A stretch of 64,000 nucleotides of DNA. It comes from Octopus vulgaris (lineage: Eukaryota). The notes under the pieces were generated by a model. That model was given only the letters and a program-made list of their open reading frames with translations. It was not told the origin of the DNA and ran no database searches. How positions within the stretch are numbered: the stretch's first letter is position 1; each line of letters begins with the position of its first letter. The DNA lies in contig OX597827.1 of assembly GCA_951406725.2 (NCBI GenBank), positions 79,980,001 to 80,044,000 of the forward strand, written 5' to 3'. Below, one piece after another: positions 52,891 through 64,000 of the stretch. The position numbers and the translations under genes are program-made.

Positions 52891-54850
52891 TTGTTGAGTT
52901 AAATGCGAGTTAATTAATCTGAAATTATGAGAGAAAAATGTCTTTCATATGTGAAGAAACAATAAAATATCGTTGGTAAAACGTAGAAATATAATATGTA
53001 AAACATGAAAAGCAACTTAGAATGGTCTGTAGTGTGGAATAGTATATCGGTGGAGGGGAAATGGTTGCACCCATAACTTAGCAGAGCATGAAGATGAGTT
53101 TGCCTGATGCAGGTCAAAGGCAGGAGAACGGTAGGATGCATCAGAGTTTAGGAGAGAAACAAATAAGAATATTTGTTAATATTATGGCTTGATTTGAGAG
53201 GAGGTGCACAGCTGGCTGAATCTATGAAGCAGAATCACATCTGTATGCATATCACTGATATGATTTACATTACACTGTCATTTACTGCAACAGTTCCATT
53301 GTGTTAATGGTTGTGTCCATGCTGGAGCACAATAAGTAACAACTATAGATGTTACCTTGGCAATTATCAAAATTTAACTATTAAAGAGAGACATTAAATG
53401 ATGGTGGTGGTGGTGATGGTCCAGATATGTCTCCATGATTCGATGTAGTTTCATCAAATTCTTTTAAAATGACTGAATTCAGCCATACCACACTTACCTA
53501 ATAACGTCACTTAGTACTGTTCCAATCTGATATACAATAGTATATTATATAAAATACTTTTAAAGATAATTTCTTAAACCAAAATTAAAATAACATTATC
53601 TTCTCTTGATAATGTTGACTGTTAAATTATTCTAGGAAATTTTCTGTACATTGAAATCAGTTAAATTACTGCAGAAACATGAATATTGATATTTCACCAA
53701 TGGTATAATCAGCAGAAGTATTAGTACTATGAATAAATATTCAAAAAAATAAGATATATAAATGAAATGGATTGATAAAATACATTTACAGTATATTTAT
53801 ATCAAATATATTATTATTTTTACTATTATCATTATTATTATTATGATTATTATTATTATTATGATTATTATTATTATTATGATTATTATTATTATTATGA
53901 TTATTATTATTTATTATTTATTGTGATTTAATGCAATCTTAGTATACTCTGACCTATATGACAAAAGACAAAAACGAATCAAGGGTAGCTATATTTCTTA
54001 AGCTACCAATAGTTATCATCATCATCATCATCATTTAACGTCCGCTTTCCATGCTGGCATGGGTTGGACTATAATATATTAATAATAATTCATTTGTATA
54101 TAGTTTTTAAGAAACAAATTGCCTTCAACAAGAGATTTTTTAAGTCAATGAAGGAAGGAAAATACAACTGGGATAAGATACACATAAATCTATAAAGCAA
54201 TATTTAATTAAAATATATATTTATAAACAAGACCAATATGATACTATTTCACCTTAAAGGCAGCAAATACATTAAAACCAATAAAATCTGATACAATATT
54301 AAATTTAGAAAGACTTAAATAATACCACAACACAATATTGATTATTTATGTTGACACTAAACCACCATCTTGTCAACTGTTCTCCCAGTTTCACTTTAAT
54401 ATTTTATATTAATATAACCTATTCTTACATATAAACACAATAATGATACTTTTGACTCTCTGAAAACATCCTTCACAAGAAACACTCAAATTCTTTTTTT
54501 AAATACACACAATAAAGAACATCTTCTGGTTATATATTATACATTATCAATACTGATAATAATATGAAGATGTCTGCAAATAAGAGACAACAAACTGACT
54601 GGATTTAAATATATTTCACTTGAAAAATAACCATAATTAAATATTATTTCACATTTCCTAACAGCAAAATATCAATCATGAACATATAAATCTCAACAGA
54701 AAGCGTGTAACTGGCAAAGACCATCTTTAAATGTCTACTGACATAATTTCTATTTGTTATATTCTATAGTAAAAGATGGCTGAAGAAAGTTTCTACAACA
54801 ATCATCAGTCAAATGTCTTAATAATACCAAATAAACATTCATAGACTTAC

Positions 54851-55380
54851 CTTCATTGTGTGTAAAATCCTTTGTTGTATAAACTGTGACTTGGTCCCAA
54901 TGTTCTGTTGTTAATGGTTGTCTGTGTCACTGCTGCTATGGTGTGACAATGGCTTCATGTTGATGGAATAGTGTTGGTGGTGAGTCAGTGGGAACCAGCA
55001 GTTCCCTCTCAGTCTTCCTTTGTGGATGTGTGATGTTTAGTGAGTGTGTGTGTGTGTGTGTGCATATGCGTGTAAGAGAGAGAGAGAGAGAGAGAGGGAG
55101 GATGGGTGATGCTTGCTCCAGCCTCACACACACAAGATGCTGTGTTTCCCTCAAAGAGAAGAGGGAAAGAAAGAAAGAGAACAAACAATATCAGCTCCAC
55201 TAACAGTCAGCCATAAGAAGTCCATATAATACCAACATGTCTGATGTGGAGAGAGAGAGAGAGACTGGCATAGATATATATATATATTCAGTGTTTCATA
55301 CGGATCTCATATTAACAAAACATCACTGATATTGGTAAATATATTACTAACAAATGATGTTAATAAAGAAAAGTTCTGGT
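54851..55380 (-). promoter_or_regulatory. Putative promoter and non-coding exon 1 of protocadherin C
   Basis: Copy of the same block with donor at 54851. Confidence 0.7.
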
Positions 55381-55814
55381 TAAGATGTGTCTGACCTAAA
55401 TATACACCCAACCTATAATGGAGGATGTAGGAACAAATAGAGAAGGGATATTCTAATTTTCAGGCAGGTTTATTTTGGTATAATTTTTAAATATAATTTC
55501 CTAAGTCTTAGATTTTAAAAACACTGTTGTAAAAAATAGAGAAATATATTTTAAATGTATTCTAATTTAATTTTAGAGATATTTGGGAAATATCATAAAT
55601 ATTATGCAAAATTCCTCTCTGTGCATGTGTGTGTGCACGTGTGTGTGTGTGTTGCTGACTTCATTATTAGTGTGTATGTATTATATCATATGTTTGGTAT
55701 ATAATATTGTAACTGTAAGGTAAAGAGAAAACTTCTGCATTTGTTTAAATTTGTATGTGTGTGTTGATGGAAATGTCATTGTAAAGGGTCAATATTTAGT
55801 TAAATGACCATTGG

Positions 55815-55933
55815 TCAGTTAGTAATGACATCTGGTGTTGAAGGTAACTGTCTCTCTGGAGGTTTCACATATCTGTCTTGATACTGTTGTCTTTCGGGGT
55901 TCACTGGTGTATCCTGTTGGCTACCATAGATCC
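55815..55933 (-). CDS. Pcdh: Protocadherin D terminal coding exon
   Basis: Copy of the conserved terminal exon, TGA at 55815-55817. Confidence 0.85.
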
Positions 55934-56091
55934 CTGCAAAACATTGTTTTAATGTAGCAATGTCTGAAACAATTATCATCATCAGAAATACTCTAGGGAC
56001 ACACAGACAGAACTAATTACATCTCAGAGTATACAACAATAATTAGTAATGAATTACTGTAATATTAAATGAGAATGGATTGTTGTCCTAC

Positions 56092-56245
56092 CTGACATTG
56101 CTGGTATTTCTTCATACTGTCTGCTTGACCGCTCACTCCAGCACTGTCCACTGCTCTTACGACTGGTCAGTGTGTCAGTGGGATAGTGAGAAGATGGTCT
56201 GTTGTCTCCATAAGATGTCACCTCAATCGGTTGACTGTATTTCTG
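56092..56245 (-). CDS. Pcdh: Protocadherin D cytoplasmic exon (154 nt)
   Basis: Copy of the conserved exon with intact splice sites. Confidence 0.85.
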
Positions 56246-57493
56246 CTGTAAAATATTATTGTATCCAGTTATAACAAAATGACGTGCCTCTGTAATCTAA
56301 AATATGCTTAGTACAAAATTCTAAAAGAAACAGATTTAACTGTCACATAGGTAATAATATCACTATATCATCTAAATATATTTTACATGTTTCTTTATTA
56401 AACAATTGTTTATGAAATAATTCAGAAACTCATTTTGCCACAATCCACAATGAATGCGAATAACGTCACACATACACCATGAGAAGGGATATACGAAGGT
56501 GTTTTCATAACAAATATTGATCAAATATTAATAGAAATTCATAAAGAGAAAATTATTGGTGAGATACTTTCAGAAGTCTTTGGATGTTTTGTAATAGGAA
56601 ACAACATTGCCAGTGACTTGCAGTTGAAATGATGCTATATAAGACTGTTCTTAAAAGTGCCATGTATTTACATAGCAGCTTTCATATCTTATTAAATATT
56701 AATACAGTGAATCTATTAGCAATTCATTTTCATTCTCTGTCCACAGTTACTTGTATGGTGAACCAGCTGTTATTACCTGAGATTAGAGATATGATTTCCA
56801 ACTATACTATGTGGTCAATGTCAGTTGTTGCTTGGAATATTTAACACATGAGCAAGTATTGCAGCTAACATGAAGTCAGATCTGTCATCCAGTTTGAGAA
56901 TATGTGTCAACTTAAATTTCTCAAGTTCTTGGAAGAGCTCTTGGTATTCAGACAGAACCCACACCAACAGAAAATGAAGGGCTGAAATACTGTTATTGAT
57001 ATTCATCAATGGTAAAACTTTACAACTTGTTCAATTCAAGAGGGAATCTTTCAATCAGGATATATACAGACGTTACTGTGTGATTTTTTTCCCACTTTCC
57101 TACAAAGTGTACCCTGTAAGCAAATCAGCATTCAATTTGTTCACAAACTATACAATGTATGGAACATTAGATGAATGTCTACATTTATCTAGCAGAATGA
57201 CCTTTATCAAGATTCAAATGGTTAACAAATGTCTTCCACTATCAGAATATGGTTTCAGAAAGAGTTAGTAGTTTACGATGCGTTGCATATTGTGTACTAT
57301 AACTTTTAATCGACAATCTTTTCTACGAAATGATCTTCTTTCATAACAATTCTGCTTAAGCAATAACAATGAAAAATGACATAATTTAGCAGTTGTAATT
57401 CATACAACATTACATTTATCCAGAGATGAAACAAATTAGGCATTTAATTTGGAGATTATTTACTTGAAGATGTTTACTGGAAATAGAGCTTAC

Positions 57494-59842
57494 CTTTGTA
57501 GATTTCTGAAGTGTTCTGTTGATTGTAGACATCTTCCAGTCATCTGGATAGTAATGGCTCCTCGAATGACCGTATCTGTCTGACATCTCTCCTCGATTAC
57601 CTGACATCACAGGTACACTGTTGTTACCTTGATAGATCAACTGTCTCATCTCATTGCGACATTGGTAGGCCTGTTTCTCTTCTGCTGTTCTTTCAGATGA
57701 GCTATTTCTCACATTGTTACATCTCACAATACACAGGGTTATAGAAACCACAATAGCTATAGATACTATCACAGCTGCTACTACAATGATAATCAACAAT
57801 GTCGCATCTATTGTGTTATCACTTGGTAGGTGCACAGCTGTGAACATTGGTGACGTCTTGTTACTAACAGTCAGTGTCAAAGACACACTAGTTGTTGCTG
57901 ACAGAACTGGAGTACCACTGTCTTTCACAACAAACTCAAGCTCATATGATCCGGCATCATTTTGGTAAACTGTGCGAGAGTAAGATAACACACCAGTGAA
58001 CGAATCCAGTTTAAATAACTGTCTCTCGTTACCTGAAACGATTTCATACCTGAGAAAAGCATTCATGTGACTGTCTATATCAGATGCTTTCAGAACTGTG
58101 ATGTCGTTCTTACTTTGCGGATGATAGTGGACATTAAGAGTGAAAGGGTCAACACTAGGAAATGTAAAATATGGAGCATTATCATTTCTATCCAATACTT
58201 CCACTTCAACATTCACTGTGTTATTCAGAGATGGGCTTCCATTGTCTTTCACAAAAACCTCAAACTCATAGAAATCTCTGTGTTCTCTGTCTAAAGACTG
58301 GTTTGTTGAAATAAAGCCAGAGTTGATAATCTGGAATGGCAGACGATATTGCTGTTTATTTCTCAGAGAATAAGACAATTCACCTCCCTTACCAATATCT
58401 GGGTCTGTAGCATTGATAAAGCCAATAGGGAAATTAGCTTTGTCATTCTCATAGGTAAGGAACTTGAATGTGTCTTTCGTAAAGTGTGGTTCTACATCAT
58501 TCACATCCAACACTTGGATTGACAGATCTTTATCAGTTTTCAGAGCAGGTAATCCTTTATCTTCACACGACACAGTAAAGTGATAATGTTCCTGTGTCTC
58601 TCTGTCTACTGCTTTCTTTAGAACTATTTTATATTCCTTCGATCCCATTGACTGTAGTTTGAATGTGTCGTCTTTGATATGACAGTTCACCTCTCCATTG
58701 TGTCCAACATCATTGTCAGTGACCATCACATAAGCAATGAAACTACCAACTTTGATGTCTTCCAGAATGGTAGCTGTGTTGTGATTCTGTGTAGAAATAA
58801 AGTTCACATCAATATTTGGAGGATTGTTCTGCTGGTTGATGACATTTACCATAACAGTTGCTATGGAACTGAGAGGAGAGTTACCACCATCTCTGGCTTC
58901 AATGTATAATTTAAATGATTTCATTTTGTCAAATTGCGATTCTTTGGCTAAGAATATTTCTCCAGTTTTCTCATTTATAATAAAATTATCTTTTGAATCT
59001 GTTGATGTTGTTGGGCTGATATAATATGAAACTTTACCATTTTCTCCAATATCAGAGTCTTCTGCTATCATTACAACAACTGGTCTATTTCTTTGATGGT
59101 TATTTTGTATGGAGACATTGTATGTTTTCTCAGAGAAAATTGGTCTGTTATCATTTTCATCTTCCACAGTTATGTGCACATTTAAGACACCCTGTTTGGG
59201 TGGAGTTCCTCCATCCTTAGCAATCACTTCTATATTATAGCTGTCTTTCGTCTCTCTGTCTAACTTCCCTTGTAATATAATTTCAAGAAATGATACTCCG
59301 TCTGCTCTTTTGAATGTGGACAAAGAAAACTGTTGGTTATTTCCCTTCAATTCGTAATTCACTAATCTATTCTGTAATCCAACATCTTTGTCAATGGCAT
59401 TGGGAATCGATTGTTTTGTACCTTTCCCATCTGCTTCTCTAAATTCCATCTTAATTTCTTCGACAGGAAACTCTGGTTGATGGTCATTGATGTCTTCTAT
59501 AATCACCTTAATTTTCAATATCTTTATAAATTTACCTGCTTTATGAACGGCTACCTTAATTGTGTGAAAGCATTCTTTCTCAAAAGTACACAGAGACTCA
59601 GCATCCAGTGTTTGTGTGGTGTATATCTTCCCAGTGTTGGTCACATTAAACAGCTGTGTTCCCTTCTGTTGCAACTGACTGAACGATAATAATGCAGTGT
59701 CCTTTAACTGTGAATCAGCAGTAATGTCTCCTATGTTGATAACAGGACTGTTCTCTTCTTTCACATGGTAAACAATGTCTTTAGAGACAGAACAGTGAAG
59801 CAGAGACTGTAATATCCAAATCGCTATTAAGACCATCTTCAT
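57494..59842 (-). CDS. Pcdh: Protocadherin D, large coding exon (783 codons)
   Basis: Near-identical paralogue; acceptor at 59871-59872, donor AAG|GTAAGC at 57494. Confidence 0.95.
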
Positions 59843-62032
59843 TTGTTGAATAAAATACCAGTCAATTGATCTGAAAATAAAAAAGGTACACCACTGGCAT
59901 TCAGATCATGGAAAACATCAAGAGATCAATGATATTTACTCTATTTACTCTATTAACCACATTGAAATAAATATCTTTTTATTGTATTAAATGTTTCTAT
60001 CTCTTCCTGCTTTACCTCTAGGTATTCCAATAATATTCACTATATTATTGATGATGATGAAGATGACAATGATGATAGTATAATTGTGAAATCTTTAATA
60101 AACCCTTATTAGCATTCATTATCATTTTTCAAAGGAGTGTGACTTTCTTGCTGTATGAGGAGACCATTCAGTTAGAGACAAGCAACCCAGTACATCAAAG
60201 GATGATACAGTGTCTGGCATTAAAACTATTTAAAACAGATTTAACTGAGGGACGACATTATATATTGAAAACCTGGAGAATCACCAGGAAAGGAAATACA
60301 ATAATGGTGTATTCCTCTCTATAATAAATAATGTTTCCATATTACCATATAAATGTTAAAACTCATGGAGGAATTTAAGCAAAGATTTTCAAGTAAATTA
60401 AGAAGCAGAACGTCTGTGGGTCATGGTGAATATATATATATATTTCACACAATAACTTCATATTTATCTGAGATACAAAATTTTGGGAAAAAGTTAAAAT
60501 CACCAGAGAAACAATGATCAAAAGGGTTTTCAATGAAGAGGTCATATTAAGTTAGAGTAATGACAACTGCATGATAAAATACAGAGTGACCAGAATAAAG
60601 AAAAGAAGAGACTTTCAGTCAATATTCAATTCAAATTTTGGCACAAGGCCAGTAGTTTAGGGGGGGGGGGATAAGTCAGTTACATCAACCCAAGTACTCT
60701 ACTGGTACTTATTTTATCGATCCTGAAAGGAGAAAAAGCCAAGTTGACATTGGTAGAATTTCAACTAAGAACGTAAAAACAGACAAAATGCTGTTAGGCA
60801 TTTTACCTGGTGCACGAATGGTTCTGCATGTTTGCCATCTTCTTTGCAGGAAATTCTGATCATTAACCTTCATTTGTTTGCAAATATTCTTATCATTTCA
60901 AAGCATCAGTTATGGAAATTCTTATTAAAAATATTCTTTTCTACTCTAGGCACAAGGCACGAAATTTTTGGGGAGGGGGCCAGTTGATTAGATTGCTCCC
61001 AAGAGGTGACTGGTACTTAATTTATCTTCCTCGAAAGCATGAAAAGTAAAGTCAACCTCAGCAGAATTTAGACTTAGAATGTAAAGCCATGAAATACTGC
61101 TAAGCATTTTGCCCGGTGTGCTAATGTATCTGCCAACTCATTGCCTTTCTTATAAAAACTATTGAGACGTAAAAACTGGCAAGATTGTATTCATTATATA
61201 TATGCAATGCACTTTTATTCTCTTTCATAAACAAATGACAAAAAGAGAATAAAAATACAATTACGATATTATTTAAATGAAATAACACATTTTACAATAA
61301 ATATAATTCCCTGGATGAATAAAATTTCACAGAAATATCTAATAACAGAAAAGCTCTTTTAGCAACACAGCAAATCTAAATAATACCAGATTTAATTAAA
61401 AGATATTCATTAAACAAGACCAAAATTGGACACTGTTTCAGTATGAATACAACAAACAGATTAAAACCTATAAAATTTTATATTAAATTTAGAAAGACTT
61501 AAATAATATCACAACACAATATTGATTATTTATGTTGACACTAAACCACCATCTTGTCAACTGTTCTCCCAGTTTCACTTTAATATTTTATATTAATATA
61601 ACCTATTCTTACATATAAACACAATAATGATACTTGACTCTCTCAAAACATCCTTCACAAGAAACACTCAGATTCTTTTTTTAAATACACACAATAAAGA
61701 ACATCTTCTGGTTATATATTATACATTATCAATACTGATAATAATAGGAAGATGTCTGCAAATAAGAGACAACAAACTGACTGGATTTAAATATATTTCA
61801 CTTGGAAAAAAACCATAATTAAATATTATTTCACACTTCCTAACAGCAAAATATCAATCATGAACATATAAATCTCAACAGAAAGCGTGTAACTGGCAAA
61901 GACCATCTTTAAATGTCTACTGACATAATTTCTATTTGTTATATTCTATAGTAAAAGATGGCTGAAGAAAGTTTCTACAACAATCATCAGTCAAATATCT
62001 TAATAATACCAAATAAACATTCATAGACTTAC

Positions 62033-62550
62033 CTTCATTGTGTGTAAAATCCTTTGTTGTATAAACTGTGACTTGGTCCCAATGTTCTGTTGTTAATGGT
62101 TGTCTGTGTCACTGCTGCTATGGTGTGACAATGGCTTCATGTTGATGGAATAGTGTTGGTGGTGAGTCAGTGGGAACCAGCAGTTCCCTCTCAGTCTTCC
62201 TTTGTGGATGTGTGGTGTTTAGTGAGTGTGTGTGTGCAAATGCGTGTAAGAGAGAGAGAGAGAGAGGAGGGATGGGTGATGCTTGCTCCAGCCTCACACA
62301 CACAAGATGCTGTGTTTCCCTCAAAGAGAAGAGGAAAGAAAGAAAGAGAACAAACAATATCAGCTCCACTAACAGTCAGCCATAAGAAGTCCATATAACA
62401 CCAACATGTCTGATGTAGAGAGAGAGAGAGAGAGACTGGCATAGATATATATATATTCAGTGTTTCATACGGATCTCATATTAACAAAACATCACTGATA
62501 TTGGTAAATATATTACTAACAAATGATGTTAATATAGAACAAGTTCTGGT
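62033..62550 (-). promoter_or_regulatory. Putative promoter and non-coding exon 1 of protocadherin D
   Basis: Copy of the same block with donor at 62033. Confidence 0.7.
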
Positions 62551-62997
62551 TAAGATGTGTCTGACCTAAATATACACCCAACCTATAATGGAGGATGCAG
62601 GAACAAATAGAGAAGGGATATTCTAATTTTCAGGCAGGTTTATTTTGGTATCATTTTTAAATATAATTTCCTAAGTCTTAGATTTTAATAACACTGCTGT
62701 AAAAAATAGAGAAATATATTTTAAATATATTCTAATTTAATTTTAGATATATTTGAGAAATTTCATAAATATTATGCAAAATTCCTGTGTGTGTGTGTGT
62801 ATTTATGGATACAAGTTGAAATCTGTCTGACTTCCAGTTAGTGTGTATGTATTGTATAGTATGCTGATATATAATATTGTAATTGTGAGGTAAAGATAAA
62901 ACGTCTGTATTTTTTTAAACTTGTATGAGTGTGTGGTTAGAGGTTCGTATTTGAAATGGTATTGGTAAGGGGTCAATATTTAGTAAATGACCAGTGG

Positions 62998-63116
62998 TCA
63001 GTTAGTAATGACATCTGGTGTTGAAGGTAACTGTCTCTCTGGAGGTTTCACATATCTGTCTTGATACTGTTGTCTTTCGGGGTTCACTGGTGTATCCTGT
63101 TGGCTACCATAGATCC
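62998..63116 (-). CDS. Pcdh: Protocadherin E terminal coding exon
   Basis: Fifth copy of the terminal exon, TGA at 62998-63000. Confidence 0.8.
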
Positions 63117-63272
63117 CTGCAAAACATTGTTTTAATGTAGCAATGTCAGAAACAATCACCATCATCAGAAATACTCTAGGGACACACAGACAGAACTAAT
63201 TACATCTCAGTCTACAACAATAATTAGTAATGAATTACTGTAATATTAAATGAGAATGGATTGTTGTCCTAC

Positions 63273-63426
63273 CTGACATTGCCGGTATTTCTTCATACTG
63301 TCTACTTGACCGCTCACTCCAGCACTGTCCACTGCTCTTCCGACTGGTCAGTGTGTCAGTGGGATAGTTAGAGGATGGTCTGTTGTCTCCATAAGATGTC
63401 ACCTCAATCGGTTGACTGTATTTCTG
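63273..63426 (-). CDS. Pcdh: Protocadherin E cytoplasmic exon (ectodomain exon presumably beyond the window)
   Basis: Fifth copy of the 154-nt exon with intact splice sites. Confidence 0.8.
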
Positions 63427-63649
63427 CTGTAAAATAAAACGGCAACCAGTTATACTGTAATGTTGTTATAGAATAAATTTGAGTAATTAAGTATTTTGAG
63501 TATATTTAATTATCCGTATATTACTTGAAGCAATTAAAAGATGTATATTTTTTCAGATACACTATGTCAGATAAAATGCTAAAGAAATGAAAAAAAAAAA
63601 TCAGGCAGTTATTGTTGACATAAGTGAGGAACACAGCGATTTAGATATT

Positions 63650-64000
63650 ACCAACTTTGTAAAATGCTGCAAGATCTTTTGTACTCAAAGTTTGGGTAGA
63701 ATTGGAAGCCTCTAGCAAGAATTTTTGAAGTGTATTAAAGAGAACTAAATTCTTCTAAATGTTTAGACTTTAGAAAGACACTGCAGTTCATCCAATGGAT
63801 TCAGAACATTATTGATTATGATCCCAGAAAACCAGTAAAGGAGGCCATGGTGAAGGAAATTCAAGCATTGGAATGGACTCGCAGAACTGAGGTGCACAAG
63901 CACATTTGACACCTGTCCTATGTACTGAGGAGAGGCTAATTCCTGTCTCCAAAGAACCAAGAAAATCATTTGACCTGTGCCAAGAGGTTACTTAACGAGG
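63650..64000 (+). mobile_element. Tc1/mariner-like transposase N-terminal remnant
   Basis: Plus-strand fragment RKTLQFIQWIQNIIDYDPRKP..AMVKEI..SYVLRRG..AKRLL resembles the HTH region of Tc1-like transposases. Confidence 0.5.

Noticed and set aside
56490-57350. Possible mariner remnant in intron 2 of Pcdh D
   Set aside because: Only a TIR-like start and vague peptide hints; too degenerate to support by eye.
29532-59689. Repeated plus-strand ORFs overlapping the protocadherin exons (MRHWYACF..., MTVYIRCF..., MTVHLSIV...)
   Set aside because: Antisense shadows of the conserved coding strand, with non-ATG starts and no independent signal.
25534-62369. Recurring short ORF ...ERELLVPTDSPPTLFHQHEAIVTP in the promoter blocks
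   Set aside because: N-termini change frame with microsatellite length and one copy is frameshifted; better explained as non-coding exon 1.

Overview
AT-rich, microsatellite- and transposon-rich animal DNA, most likely an octopus (inferred from the protocadherin type and repeat families). The right half (about 25-64 kb) is a head-to-tail tandem array of minus-strand protocadherin genes: four complete units (A-D) plus the last two exons of a fifth (E). Each unit has a conserved promoter/non-coding exon 1, one exon with 2349 coding nt (signal peptide, six cadherin repeats, TM, proximal tail), and its own copies of two small cytoplasmic exons (154 nt and 119 coding nt). The predicted spliced protein is about 873 aa. 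The paralogues are nearly identical except for hypervariable blocks in EC2-EC3, which appear in combinatorial mosaics (all four combinations of two dimorphic blocks). This points to recombination/gene conversion generating recognition diversity. The tails carry Src-family-like SH2 (YEEI) and SH3 (RxLPxxP) motifs, and splicing creates a conserved MKIN* uORF. The left half holds orphan promoters, decayed tail exons and many mobile-element remnants (mariner, hAT, Helitron, piggyBac-like, LINEs, SINEs, hairpin MITEs). Exon boundaries were read by eye from splice consensus and frame; no expression or database evidence was available.
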